This document shows, piece after piece, positions 31,074 through 40,594 of a stretch of DNA of 64,000 nucleotides. The notes beneath the pieces were generated by a model that was not told the origin of the DNA, searched no databases, and worked only from the letters and a program-made list of their open reading frames with translations. The stretch covers positions 992,001 through 1,056,000 of the forward strand of contig CAVTTN010000002.1 of NCBI GenBank assembly GCA_963737655.1, read 5' to 3'. The translations under genes and the position numbers were made by a program. Origin of the DNA: an uncultured Planctomycetota bacterium (GTDB lineage: Bacteria; Planctomycetota; Planctomycetia; Isosphaerales; Isosphaeraceae). Each line of letters opens with the position of its first letter. Position 1 is the first letter of the stretch.

Positions 31074-31120
31074 GTAGGGTGCAGGAAATGCACCGTTGTG
31101 TAGGGTGCAGGAAATGCACC
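31074..31120 (+). repeat. Two tandem GTAG-type REP copies
   Basis: GTAGGGTGCAGGAAATGCACC at 31074-31094 and 31100-31120. Confidence 0.85.
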
Positions 31121-31342
31121 AACCACGCGGCGGCCCTCGGCCGCCCACCACATCCCCTCCACCAGCACTCCGCACGCCGATCCGCCCCGCACGCCGAAGC
31201 GCCCCGCACCCGCGAGCCCGCGAATCCATCCCCCTCATCGTTGCAGATCGACCGGGGAAAGGCTAGCCTGAGCCTCGGAGATCGCTCCCATCCCGCCACG
31301 CCCCATCCCGCCCCTCCGAACCGAATCGAATCGAGGCCCGCC

Positions 31343-32098
31343 ATGCCCGAGACGACCCGCCGCGAGTTCACCCGCCAGGCGCTCCAATCGCTCACGGCCG
31401 TGGCCTTGATCGAAGGGCTCGCCGCCCGCCGCCTCTTCGGCAAGGACGTCGCCCCGATCCTCGACGAGTGGTTCCGCGAGCTCGACACCATCACCCGGGA
31501 CCTCAAGGACCACAAGGCCAAGGACGTCGAGTTCCAGAAGAGCCTGGAGAAACTCTACGAGCGCGTCGACCTCCCCTCGCTCCTCAAGACGCTCGACTTC
31601 GACGCGATGGCCAAAGGCGTCGAGTACCCGGCCCACGGCGCCAAGAGCCTGCCGGTGGACTTCACCCACGTCTCGGGCCTGCCGACGAACCTGGTCTTCG
31701 GCCGGCAGATCTTCGCCATGAAAAAAGGCCGATCCGTCGTCCCCCACGGCCACGACAACATGGCCACCGGCTTCCTCATCCTCAAGGGCAAGTTCCGAGG
31801 CCGCCACTGGGACCGCATCGAGGACAACAAGGACCACTACATCGTCCGCCCCACCATCGACCGAGCGTTCAAGGAAGGCGAATTCTCGACCATCTCCGAC
31901 CACAAGGACAACGTCCACTGGTTCACCGCCGAGGACGACGTCGGCTTCCTCTTCAACGTCCACGTCGTCGGCTACAACCCCGAGAACCCCAAGACCGGCG
32001 GCCGGGTGTACGTCGATCCGATGGGGGAGAAGCTCTCGGGCGGGCTGGTCAAGGCGCCGAAGATCACTTATGGCAAGGCGAACCAGATGTATGGATGA
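31343..32098 (+). CDS. Tat-signal cupin-fold protein (cysteine dioxygenase-like metal site)
   Basis: TTRREF signal; VVPHGHDNM, LILKG, DNVHWF. Confidence 0.75.
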   Translation: MPETTRREFTRQALQSLTAVALIEGLAARRLFGKDVAPILDEWFRELDTITRDLKDHKAKDVEFQKSLEKLYERVDLPSLLKTLDFDAMAKGVEYPAHGAKSLPVDFTHVSGLPTNLVFGRQIFAMKKGRSVVPHGHDNMATGFLILKGKFRGRHWDRIEDNKDHYIVRPTIDRAFKEGEFSTISDHKDNVHWFTAEDDVGFLFNVHVVGYNPENPKTGGRVYVDPMGEKLSGGLVKAPKITYGKANQMYG

Positions 32099-32153
32099 TG
32101 CCACGAGAACGGCCCGATCCGCGAGCGCCCGCCCGGAGGGTCCCGAGAGGAAA

Positions 32154-32696
32154 ATGCGCCCCCGGTGGACGATCCTGGGGCTGATCGCGGTCGTGTTCTT
32201 GCTGGCCCTGGGGTTCGCGGCGGCCCGTTCCGGGACCTACTGGAGCTATCGCGCCCTGTATTCGGGGACGATCGTGGCCCTCCTGGGCGCGATCGTGGTC
32301 GCCCGTTGCGAGGGCGCGGATCGGTCCCGGTTCGCGTTCGGATTCGCGGTCTTCGGCTCGGGATACGTCTTGATGGCCCTGGCGCCGTGGTATGAATGGG
32401 GCGTTGATGCGAAGGGGCGGGATTCCGTCCTCCGGGTCAACCGCTGGCTGCTCACGAGCGAGCCGATCGCGGGGCTCGCCGAAGTCGTGAACGACCGGCT
32501 CTCACCGGCCCCGACCCTCCCCCCGGGGCCGGTCTCGACGGAGTTCCGCCGGGCGGAGGCGGATTACTTCTCGCGACGGACCCACCTGATCGGGATCGGC
32601 CACCTCCTCGCGGCCTGGGCGTCCGGGGCGCTCGGGGGACTGTTCGCCTCGGCGCTCGTCGGGCGGAGGCGAAGGCCCGGGGAGGTCGATGGATGA
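32154..32696 (+). CDS. Hypothetical multi-pass membrane protein
   Basis: MRPRWTILGLIAVVFLLALGFAA; FAFGFAVFGSGY; IGHLLAAWASGALGGLFA. Confidence 0.7.
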   Translation: MRPRWTILGLIAVVFLLALGFAAARSGTYWSYRALYSGTIVALLGAIVVARCEGADRSRFAFGFAVFGSGYVLMALAPWYEWGVDAKGRDSVLRVNRWLLTSEPIAGLAEVVNDRLSPAPTLPPGPVSTEFRRAEADYFSRRTHLIGIGHLLAAWASGALGGLFASALVGRRRRPGEVDG

Positions 32697-33148
32697 AGCG
32701 GTTCCGCGTGACGATCTTCGGCCTGATGGCCGTCGTGCTCGCCTCGGCCCTGGCGTTCGCGGCGCTGAAGACAGCCAATGTGCTGTGGCTCCTGGGCCTC
32801 AGCGGGACGACCTGGCTGGCTCTGGCCGCGGTGAGCGTCGCCGCTCGGGTCCGACCGGGCCGCGAGGGGACGTTCTGGTTCGGGGCCGCAGTCTTCGGTT
32901 GGGTCGCCTTCCTGCCTCTGCAACCGCCATTCGCGAGCGAACTGAATCCAGTGTTCGACCTCTGTGAGTGGATCGCCTCGGCCCTCACGCCGGACCCTCC
33001 GCCGGGACCGGTGAATGTCGGTGACGTGGAAAACCGGGCGGGACTGTTGATCTGGATCCTGGGCGACTTGATCGCGTGGGGTTCGGCCCTGATCGGCGGC
33101 CTCTTCGCCCTTTTGATCCGCCCGAGGGAACGGAAGGAGCCTTCATGA
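32693..33148 (+). CDS. Hypothetical multi-pass membrane protein (paralogue of the upstream gene)
   Basis: ATGA overlap; MKRFRVTIFGLMAVVLASALAFAAL; FWFGAAVFGW; LIAWGSALIGGLFA. Confidence 0.7.
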   Translation: MKRFRVTIFGLMAVVLASALAFAALKTANVLWLLGLSGTTWLALAAVSVAARVRPGREGTFWFGAAVFGWVAFLPLQPPFASELNPVFDLCEWIASALTPDPPPGPVNVGDVENRAGLLIWILGDLIAWGSALIGGLFALLIRPRERKEPS

Positions 33149-33648
33149 GGTCGGTGCCGGTCCTGGCGACGATCGCGCTGGCCTCGGGCGCGGCCCTGGC
33201 GGTCCAGGTGGGGATGAACAATGCGTTGCGGGCCCGGGTCGGCCATCCGATGCTGGCGGCCCTGGTCTCGTTCGCCGTGGGGACGACCGTCCTGGCCGTT
33301 TATGCGTTGATCGCCCGGCCATCGCTCCCGGATCGCTCCGCATTGGTCGAAGGGCCGTCGTGGATGTGGCTCGGCGGGGTGGTGGGGGCGGTGTATGTGG
33401 CGTGCGCGGCCGCGTTCGCCGCGAGGCTCGGCGCGGCGGCGTGGCTGGCCCTGATCGTGACCGGGCAGATCCTCGCGTCGCTGGTGATGGACCATTTCGG
33501 GCTCGTCGGCTTCCCCCGGAGGCCGATCAGCCCGACTCGCCTGATCGGCGCGCTCCTGCTGCTGATCGGGGTGGCGATGGTGTTGAAACCCTCGGCCGCC
33601 CGACGGCCCGAACCGGCGCCGGCCGAGGCCGGCGAGGCGCCTCGCTGA
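33145..33648 (+). CDS. DMT superfamily transporter (YdcZ/DUF606-like)
   Basis: ATGA overlap; AVQVGMNNAL, SFAVGT, WMWLGGVVGA, GQILASLVMDHFG. Confidence 0.88.
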   Translation: MRSVPVLATIALASGAALAVQVGMNNALRARVGHPMLAALVSFAVGTTVLAVYALIARPSLPDRSALVEGPSWMWLGGVVGAVYVACAAAFAARLGAAAWLALIVTGQILASLVMDHFGLVGFPRRPISPTRLIGALLLLIGVAMVLKPSAARRPEPAPAEAGEAPR

Positions 33649-33661
33649 CCCTCTCGGCTCA

Positions 33662-33840
33662 TCATTTGCCGATCATCTTGGACAGGCCCACGATCGCCAC
33701 GCCGATCACGATCACGCTCGTGCCGACCCAGCGGGTGATGTTCACGTCCTCGCCCAGGTAGTACTGGGCCATCAGGGCCTTCAAGACGATATCACCACCG
33801 CGACGCCCAGGATCCCCATCACGCCCCACTTCCCGCCCAT
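33662..33840 (-). pseudogene. Internally deleted small EamA/SMR-like transporter remnant
   Basis: GGAGG + ATG 33840 gives MGGKWGVMGILGVAVVI, abutting out of frame a C-terminus LKALMAQYYLGEDVNITRWVGTSVIVIGVAIV; only about 180 nt in total. Confidence 0.55.
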
Positions 33841-34143
33841 GGCGCCCTCCCGGCTCCGATCCGAACTCGGCCTCCCCGGGGCGGTCCTTGCGAATCATGG
33901 ACCAATTCGGAGGCGAGTGCGCGAAGACCAATCGGAGGAGGCGATCCGAGCCGAGCCGGTCATTCAACCTCGGCGACGATCCTCTTCGGGCCGCGCGGGT
34001 CCTTCGTCGGATTCGTGCGGTCGATCCGGAAGTCGAGGTCCTCCATCACGATGGCGCGGTCCAGGGGATGAGAGCGGCCCGGCGCCTTGGGAGGGCGCCG
34101 GGCCGGAAAGTCGCTCTTCGAGGGATTGCAGGTCGGCCGCGGC

Positions 34144-35613
34144 TCAGCCGAACAGGCCGAGGACCGGCGCCGCCTTCACCAGCTCTCTCGGCTGGTTCAG
34201 GTGGTTGTACATCAGCGTGGCAGGGTCGATGCCCAGGGCGTGGTAGATCGTCGCGAGGACCTCGGTCGGGTGCACCGGGTTCTCGATCGGCGAGGAGGCG
34301 TGCTCGTCGCTCTTGCCGAAGACGCCGCCCCGCTTGATCCCGGCGCCGGCGATGCAGGCGGTGTAGCAGTACGGCCAGTGGTCGCGGCCGTCGGGCGCGT
34401 TGCCGTTGCCCGAGGTCGAGACGCCCATCCGGGGCGACCGGCCGAATTCGCCGATGGCGACCACCAGGGTCTCGTCCAGGAGGCCGCGGCCGTCGAGGTC
34501 CTCGATCAGGGACGTCAGCGCCGAGTCGAGCTTCGGGCAGTGGAGCTCCTTCAGCGGCTTGAAGTTCGCCGCGTGGGTGTCCCAGGCGGTCGAGTTCGGG
34601 TCGCCGTTGGCCACGCTCGGCCAGTTCAACTGGACGAACCGGGTGCCGGCCTCGATCAGCCTCCGCGAGAGCAGCGCGCCCTGGCCGAAGGCGTGGCGGC
34701 CGTACTTGTCGCGGGTCTTCGGGTCCTCGGCGTCGAGGTCGAACGCCTTGCGGGCCCGGCCCGAGAGGATCAGGTCGAACGCCTTGGCCTGGTAGCTGTC
34801 CAGGGCGGAGCTGGAGGCCGCCTTCTCCAGCTCGGGCATGCCGTCGTTGATCGTCGCGACGAGGCCCTTGCGCCTCTTCAGGCGAAGCTCGGAGACCTCG
34901 GGCCGGCGGGTCAGGTCGTCGATGTTCACGCGACCATTCGCCAGCTCGTTCTCCTGGAACATGTAATACGGATCGTACTTCTTGCCCAGGAACCCGGCGT
35001 TCCCGGCCTTGCCGATCACGTTCGACTCCTGGAGAGGGCGGGGCAGCATCACGAACGGGAGCATGGCCTCGCTCGGCGGCTTGAGCTTGACCACGTTCGA
35101 GCCGACGTTCGGGTAGTCGGCCGGGCTGGGCGGGTCGAGCTGGCCGGACGGGCTGACCTTGTCGGGCGTGTAGCCGGTGAGCATCTGGTACATGGCCGCC
35201 GTGTGGTTGAACAGGCCGGCGGGCGTGTAGCTCATCGAGCGGATCATCGTCAGCTTGTCGGTGATGCTCGCGAGCTTCGGCATATGTTCGCCGAAGAAGA
35301 GGCCGGGGGTCTTCGTGGCGATGGGCTTGAAGAGGCCGCGGATGTTGTCGGGGGCGTCGGGCTTGGGGTCCCAGAGGTCGATGTGGCTGGGGCCGCCCTG
35401 GAGGAACAGGAGGATCACGTTCTTGGCCCGGCCGAACCCGGGCATGGTCTTCGGCGGCTGGGCGGACGTCCCCTCGGCGGCCGAGAGCCGGCCCTGGAGC
35501 CGCAACACCTGGGGCAGCGACAGGCCGAGCAGGCTCGCCCCGCCGACCCTGAGGAACTCGCGGCGGCTCGGGCCGTCGCACAACCGGGCCGACTGGCCGG
35601 GGATCGAGAGCAT
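34144..35613 (-). CDS. DUF1501 domain protein
   Basis: SRREFLRVG, AKNVILLFLQGGPSHIDLWDPKP, RRLIEAGTRFV, WDTH, GEFGRSP, GRDHWP. Confidence 0.93.
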   Translation of the reverse strand: MLSIPGQSARLCDGPSRREFLRVGGASLLGLSLPQVLRLQGRLSAAEGTSAQPPKTMPGFGRAKNVILLFLQGGPSHIDLWDPKPDAPDNIRGLFKPIATKTPGLFFGEHMPKLASITDKLTMIRSMSYTPAGLFNHTAAMYQMLTGYTPDKVSPSGQLDPPSPADYPNVGSNVVKLKPPSEAMLPFVMLPRPLQESNVIGKAGNAGFLGKKYDPYYMFQENELANGRVNIDDLTRRPEVSELRLKRRKGLVATINDGMPELEKAASSSALDSYQAKAFDLILSGRARKAFDLDAEDPKTRDKYGRHAFGQGALLSRRLIEAGTRFVQLNWPSVANGDPNSTAWDTHAANFKPLKELHCPKLDSALTSLIEDLDGRGLLDETLVVAIGEFGRSPRMGVSTSGNGNAPDGRDHWPYCYTACIAGAGIKRGGVFGKSDEHASSPIENPVHPTEVLATIYHALGIDPATLMYNHLNQPRELVKAAPVLGLFG

Positions 35614-35694
35614 CGCGGGGGCCTCCGGGAAAAGGGAGCGGCAGGTCGGTATCCATGTAAGATCGGGCCCGGCCAGGCGCGACCGGGAGACGGT

Positions 35695-36399
35695 TCAGTC
35701 GAGGGTCAGGATCTCGGCGACGGAAAGCCGGCCGAGGTCTCTCCCCTCGAGGCGGAACGGCACCGAATCGGCGAGGCCATGGTCCTCGCGGCGACGGTAA
35801 TCGGGCGAGGCGTCGGGGCCGGTCGGGTCGGTGTAGGCCTCCACCCGGTTGTCGATCAGGTTGACGATCCAGTACTCGGCGATCCCCGCCGCGGCATAGC
35901 GGGCCTTCATGACGGTCCGATCGGCGCGGAGAGAGCTTTCGGAGACCTCGATCACGATCGCGACGTCCTGGGCGGAGACGCGACGGTGGCGATAATCCCT
36001 CGGGCGGCCCCGGACGACCTGGAAATCGGGCTCCGGTTCCCCCCGGGTCGAGACCACGACCGGATTCTGATTCGACAGGTGCCAGCCCTCCGGCATGAGC
36101 CTCACGAGCATCGGCGTAAGGTTGTCCATGGCGATCACGTGGGGCGCATTCTTCGTCATCTTGTGGACCAGGAGCCCGTCGATCAGGAAGACCCGTTCGT
36201 CCGGGTCGAGGATCTCGGATGCCGCCAGGCGATGGTATTGCTCGACCGTGAACTGGTAGAGCCGGAACCCCTCATACGCCGGATCGGGACCGGACGACAG
36301 GCCCGGCGCCCCGGCCGTGAACCCGGCGCGGGGGGCCGCGACGCCCTCGGGCAAGGTCGTCAAGGGGAGCGGTTCGGTCGTCGGGTGGACGGTGGCCAT
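35695..36399 (-). CDS. Uma2-family (DUF820) putative endonuclease
   Basis: FTVEQYHRL, LIDGLLV, EPEPDFQVV, VIEVSESSLRADR, YAAAGIAEYWIVNL. Confidence 0.92.
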   Translation of the reverse strand: MATVHPTTEPLPLTTLPEGVAAPRAGFTAGAPGLSSGPDPAYEGFRLYQFTVEQYHRLAASEILDPDERVFLIDGLLVHKMTKNAPHVIAMDNLTPMLVRLMPEGWHLSNQNPVVVSTRGEPEPDFQVVRGRPRDYRHRRVSAQDVAIVIEVSESSLRADRTVMKARYAAAGIAEYWIVNLIDNRVEAYTDPTGPDASPDYRRREDHGLADSVPFRLEGRDLGRLSVAEILTLD

Positions 36400-36422
36400 C
36401 GGTTCGCCTCGCGCACTCGGGG

Positions 36423-38819
36423 TCACCGATTGAACAGGAACGCCGGGCTGTTGATCAGGGCCCACAGGAGGTCCTGCGCCCCTTCCGCCTTGCTGTCGGC
36501 CTTCGCGAGATAGTCGATCGCCTTGGTCAGCTCGTCGGGCCGGGGGAACCTTGACAGGGCGGCGAGGTACATCTCCTCGACGATCGCCTTGTCGTCGGGA
36601 TTCGTCTTCAGGAGCTTGCTGATCCGGCCGTTGGGGTCGATCAGGGCGTCGGCGATCGTCGGGCCGTTCAGGAGGTTCAGCGCCTGGGAGAGGCTGACCT
36701 CGCTCGATCGCTCGCACTCGCACGGGGTGTCGCGGGTCGGTCGGCCGAAGAGGTCGAGGAACGTCCCGCCGACCTGCGAGTCGGGCAACTGGTCGGCCCG
36801 GAACCCGACGGGCACGCCCGCGAATTGCGGCCTCCGACCGGCCGCCTGGTCGATCGCGTCGAGCAGCTCCTCGGCCGTGAGCCTCCGGGGTGTCGCGTGC
36901 GAGAAATTGGTCGCGTCGTCGGCGTTGAACTTGTTCGTGTTGATCGACGCCTGATACGTCCTCGATCGCGCGATCGTCCTCATCAGATGCTGGAGGTCGA
37001 AGTTGTGCGCGAGGAAGTCCTTTTCGAGGGCGTCGAGCAGCTCGGGGTTGCTCGGCGGGTTGCTGGAGCGGATGTCGTCCACCGGGTCGATGATCCCCCG
37101 GCCGAGGAAGTAGCTCCACACCCGGTTGACCACCGAGCGGGCGAAATAGGGGTTCTCCGGCGCGGTCAGCCAGTCGGCCAGCTGCTCCCGGCGGGAGACG
37201 TTCTTGGCGACCTTGCCGGGATGGTCGTAGGGGAAGGTCGGCGGCATCACCCGGCCGTCCTTGGGGTGGGTGACCTCGCCGCCGCCCTGGTCGAACACGA
37301 CCTGCTCGCCCGGGGTCATCCCGCCCTTGGTGCCGACCTGGCCCCAGAACGCGGCCATCCCGTAGTACTGGTTCTGGGTCCACCGCTCGAAGGGATGATC
37401 GTGGCACTTGTTGCACGAAAAACGGATGCCGAGGAACAATTGGGTGGCGTTTTCGAGGGCGACGGTCGGCTCCTTCTGCGCCCGGTAGTAGTTCACCGCC
37501 GGGTTCTCGATCGAGCCTCCCCGGGCGGTCATCAGCTCGCGGACCATGCGGTCATACGGCATGTTCGTGGCGACCGCCTTCTCGATCCAGCGGTCGAACG
37601 CCCAGGTCGCCTTGTCGCCCAGGAGCTTGCGGTTGGCCTGGAAGAGGTCGGCCCATTTGTGGGTCCAGTGCGACACGAACTCGGGGCTGCCGATCATCGC
37701 GTCGATGGCCCGGTTCCGCTTCTCGACCGGATCGGCCTTGTCGGCCAGGAACGCCCGGACCTTTTCCGGGGTCGGCGGGAGGCCGGTCAGGTCGATCGAC
37801 GCCCGGCGGAGGAACTCCTCGTCGGAGCAGGTGTCCGAGGGGAGGATCTTGACCTTCTGCAGCTTCTGATGAACGAGCGTGTCGACGTCATTATTCTCGG
37901 GCCGGGGCGTCCACTGGTAGCCCGAGCGGTCGCCCATCACCGTGACGTTGTCCACGCCGTAAACGCCCTCGTAGCGGACGAGGATCGACGCCTCCCCTCG
38001 GCGCACCGAGGTGACGAGGCCCGAGGCGGTCACGGTGGCGACGTCGGGGATGCTGCTGGTGAACACGGCGTCGCCGGTCACGTCGCGAGAGGCGCCGTCG
38101 GGGTAGTGCGCGAGCACCAGCATCTGCTGGGACTGGCCCTCCCTCGCCAGGTCGATCGTCGGCGGGAAGACCTCCAGCCGGGCCGCCCGCGAGGTCCTGC
38201 CGACATCCGAGACCACCCCCTCGGCGATCCAGTCGCGGAGGAGGGCATATTGCGAGGACTCGGGAGGGAGGACGTAGCCGCCCTCGTGGGGGACGTTCGC
38301 CGAGGGCTTCAGGAGCATCAGCGACTGGTCGGGCGCCGAGCGGTTGAACCGGCGGCCGGCGAGGTCGTCCACGAGCTGGGCGTAGTCGTAATCGGGGTCA
38401 TACCCGCGGAGGCTGAGCTTGAAGCCTTTCTTGCCCTTGGCCGAGCCGTGGCACGTCCCGGCGTTGCAGCCGATCCGCGACAGGGTGGGCATCACGTCTC
38501 GGACGTAGCTGACCGGCTTCGGGGCCTCGGCCCCTTTCACCTCGATCGGCAGCTCGGCCGTCCGGCCGCCCGCCGCGACCCTCATCACCGACTTGCCGTC
38601 CTTCTTCGGGTGGAAGAAGCCGGACGAGTCGAGCGTCACCGCTTCCGAGGCGTCAAACACGGCCTCGCGGGTCAGGTCGATGGTCGAGCCGTCGGCCATC
38701 ACGCCCGAGACGATGACTCGTCGGGCGTCTCGGGGGCCGTCGAGCGTCAGGGACGCCGGGGTGATTCGGAGGGCCGTCGGGGAGTCGCCCACGAGGGCCA
38801 GCAGGAGCAGGAATGGCAT
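36423..38819 (-). CDS. DUF1549/DUF1553 (PSCyt2/PSD1) protein with Ig-like domain and heme-type motifs
   Basis: GCNAGTCHG, FLRRASIDLTGLPPT, CNKCHDHPFERW, NPYFARSVVNRVW, PPSNPELLDAL, CECER, WALINSPAFLFN. Confidence 0.93.
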   Translation of the reverse strand: MPFLLLLALVGDSPTALRITPASLTLDGPRDARRVIVSGVMADGSTIDLTREAVFDASEAVTLDSSGFFHPKKDGKSVMRVAAGGRTAELPIEVKGAEAPKPVSYVRDVMPTLSRIGCNAGTCHGSAKGKKGFKLSLRGYDPDYDYAQLVDDLAGRRFNRSAPDQSLMLLKPSANVPHEGGYVLPPESSQYALLRDWIAEGVVSDVGRTSRAARLEVFPPTIDLAREGQSQQMLVLAHYPDGASRDVTGDAVFTSSIPDVATVTASGLVTSVRRGEASILVRYEGVYGVDNVTVMGDRSGYQWTPRPENNDVDTLVHQKLQKVKILPSDTCSDEEFLRRASIDLTGLPPTPEKVRAFLADKADPVEKRNRAIDAMIGSPEFVSHWTHKWADLFQANRKLLGDKATWAFDRWIEKAVATNMPYDRMVRELMTARGGSIENPAVNYYRAQKEPTVALENATQLFLGIRFSCNKCHDHPFERWTQNQYYGMAAFWGQVGTKGGMTPGEQVVFDQGGGEVTHPKDGRVMPPTFPYDHPGKVAKNVSRREQLADWLTAPENPYFARSVVNRVWSYFLGRGIIDPVDDIRSSNPPSNPELLDALEKDFLAHNFDLQHLMRTIARSRTYQASINTNKFNADDATNFSHATPRRLTAEELLDAIDQAAGRRPQFAGVPVGFRADQLPDSQVGGTFLDLFGRPTRDTPCECERSSEVSLSQALNLLNGPTIADALIDPNGRISKLLKTNPDDKAIVEEMYLAALSRFPRPDELTKAIDYLAKADSKAEGAQDLLWALINSPAFLFNR

Positions 38820-38830
38820 GGTGATATCCT

Positions 38831-38851
38831 GGAGGGTGCATGAATTGCACC
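38831..38851 (+). repeat. Degenerate GTAG-family REP
   Basis: GGAGGGTGCATGAATTGCACC: same hairpin as the 4903 and 50960 copies. Confidence 0.7.
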
Positions 38852-38882
38852 GGGCATCCCGGGTTGCGAAGGAGCGATCCCA

Positions 38883-40280
38883 TCAAGGCGTCAGGGGCAC
38901 CGGCACGAAGCTCGCGACGGGGTTGCCCGTCGCCGGATCGAACAGTTTGACCGGCCCCTCGAACCCTCCCACGGCGACCCTGGAGCCGTCGGGCGAGAAG
39001 GCGATGGCAAAAATCCCGCCGGGGAGGTTCTTGAGCGTGGCGAGACGGGCGCCGTCGGCCGCGTTGTAAATGCGCACTTCCCCGCTCGTCCCGCCGACGG
39101 CGATCCGGGCGCCGTCGGGGGCGAACGCCACGGCCGAGATCGGCCCGCCGGGCTGCGTTTCGAACGCCTTCAACAGGTTGAAATCGGTGTAATTCATGTC
39201 GCGGGCCTGGGTGCGGAAGACCTTGTAGAGCCTCGGCACCCGCTCGTCCCCGCCGATCACGAGCTGGTCGGCCTTCGGGTTCCTCGCCAGGACTTTCAAT
39301 TCCCCGTAATTCTTGCCGATATCATCAATGAACGATCCCGTGGCCGCCTCGATCAGCTTGATCGAGCCGTCCCGGCCGAGGGTGATCAGGTTCTTGCCGT
39401 CGAGCGAGAAGGCGGTGGCGAAGACCCAGTCGGAATGCTGGTCGACCCGGAGGATCTCCTTGCCCGACTCGACCTCGACGATCCTCGCCGAGTTGTCCGC
39501 GCAGCCGAAGGCGAACTTCTTGCCGTCGGGCGTGAAGGCGCCGCCGTACAGGGTGTCATATCCGGTGCGGATCGCATGCTTGAGCTTGAACGTCCTGGCG
39601 TCCCAGAACTGGACCTCGCCGAACCTCCCGGGGGAGCCGCCGACGGTGGCCAGGATCGAGCCGTCGGGCGAATAGACGAGGCTCTCGATCCTCTGGGATT
39701 GCCCCACCAGGCGGTGGAGCAGGCCGGAGCCGTCGCTCTTGTGGATCAAGACCTCGCGATAGCCGGACACGGCGAGGGTCTGGCCGTCGGGCGAGTAGGC
39801 GAGGGCGGTCGTCAGCGGGGCGACCTTGTAGATGGGGGGGTGGTCGGCGTCGATGGCGTCCTTCGCGGAGGGCGGGGTGTCGTCCTTCGCGCCCTGGGCG
39901 ATCCATCGCTTGACGAGGGCGACCTCGTCCTTCGTCATCGGGGCGCCCATCGGGGGCATGATCGGCTTGTCGCCGTCGATCTGATCGACCAGGGTGCTCT
40001 CGTCGGGCTTGCCCAGCTCGACCCCGGCCCCGGTCTTGCCGCCCTTGAGGAGGGCCTCGAAGGAGGTCAGGTCGAGCTTGCCCTGCGCCTTCGCCGGCTG
40101 GTGGCAGCCCTGGCACTTGCGCTGGAGGATGGGCATGACCTGGCGGGCGAAGCTGACCGGGGCGTTGGGATCGACGGCCGGGGCCTTGGCCGGGTCATCG
40201 GCCCGGGTCGGGGCCGCGATCATCAGGGACGCCGCGACGATCGCCAGGGCAGGGGGTCCGAGGCGGGAGGGCCGGATCAT
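38883..40280 (-). CDS. Planctomycete cytochrome c domain + WD40 repeat protein
   Basis: VSFARQVMPILQRKCQGCH...MPP...WIAQGA, followed by repeats ALAYSPDGQTLA, VYSPDGSILA, AFAPDGARIA. Confidence 0.92.
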   Translation of the reverse strand: MIRPSRLGPPALAIVAASLMIAAPTRADDPAKAPAVDPNAPVSFARQVMPILQRKCQGCHQPAKAQGKLDLTSFEALLKGGKTGAGVELGKPDESTLVDQIDGDKPIMPPMGAPMTKDEVALVKRWIAQGAKDDTPPSAKDAIDADHPPIYKVAPLTTALAYSPDGQTLAVSGYREVLIHKSDGSGLLHRLVGQSQRIESLVYSPDGSILATVGGSPGRFGEVQFWDARTFKLKHAIRTGYDTLYGGAFTPDGKKFAFGCADNSARIVEVESGKEILRVDQHSDWVFATAFSLDGKNLITLGRDGSIKLIEAATGSFIDDIGKNYGELKVLARNPKADQLVIGGDERVPRLYKVFRTQARDMNYTDFNLLKAFETQPGGPISAVAFAPDGARIAVGGTSGEVRIYNAADGARLATLKNLPGGIFAIAFSPDGSRVAVGGFEGPVKLFDPATGNPVASFVPVPLTP

Positions 40281-40594
40281 GGGGCGACCTCAGCGGGCGG
40301 GAATCGGCGGGGTGGGGCGGGGAGAGGACCGGGCGGCCTCTCGCAGGGCTCGCCGGGGGGCTCAAAACCTCGGACGGTCACCCTCCACTCTAGCGAGCCC
40401 GTCGCCAAGATCAACCGAAAAGTTAAACAATCCGGCCGCGGCGTCGCCGGGTTGCGGCCCTCGATTCGGGAGATCCCTCGCGAGCGAGGGCCGAAACGGG
40501 CGCCCCGGTCGTCGAACCGGGGCGGCGGCGCCAGGAGAGGCCCGGGGACGCTCGATCCCTCCCTCGGACCTCGGGGCCTCGGCGCGAAACGGCT

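Noticed and set aside
31074..31120. Mini-CRISPR
   Set aside because: Only two copies 5 nt apart, and the unit matches the dispersed REP family.
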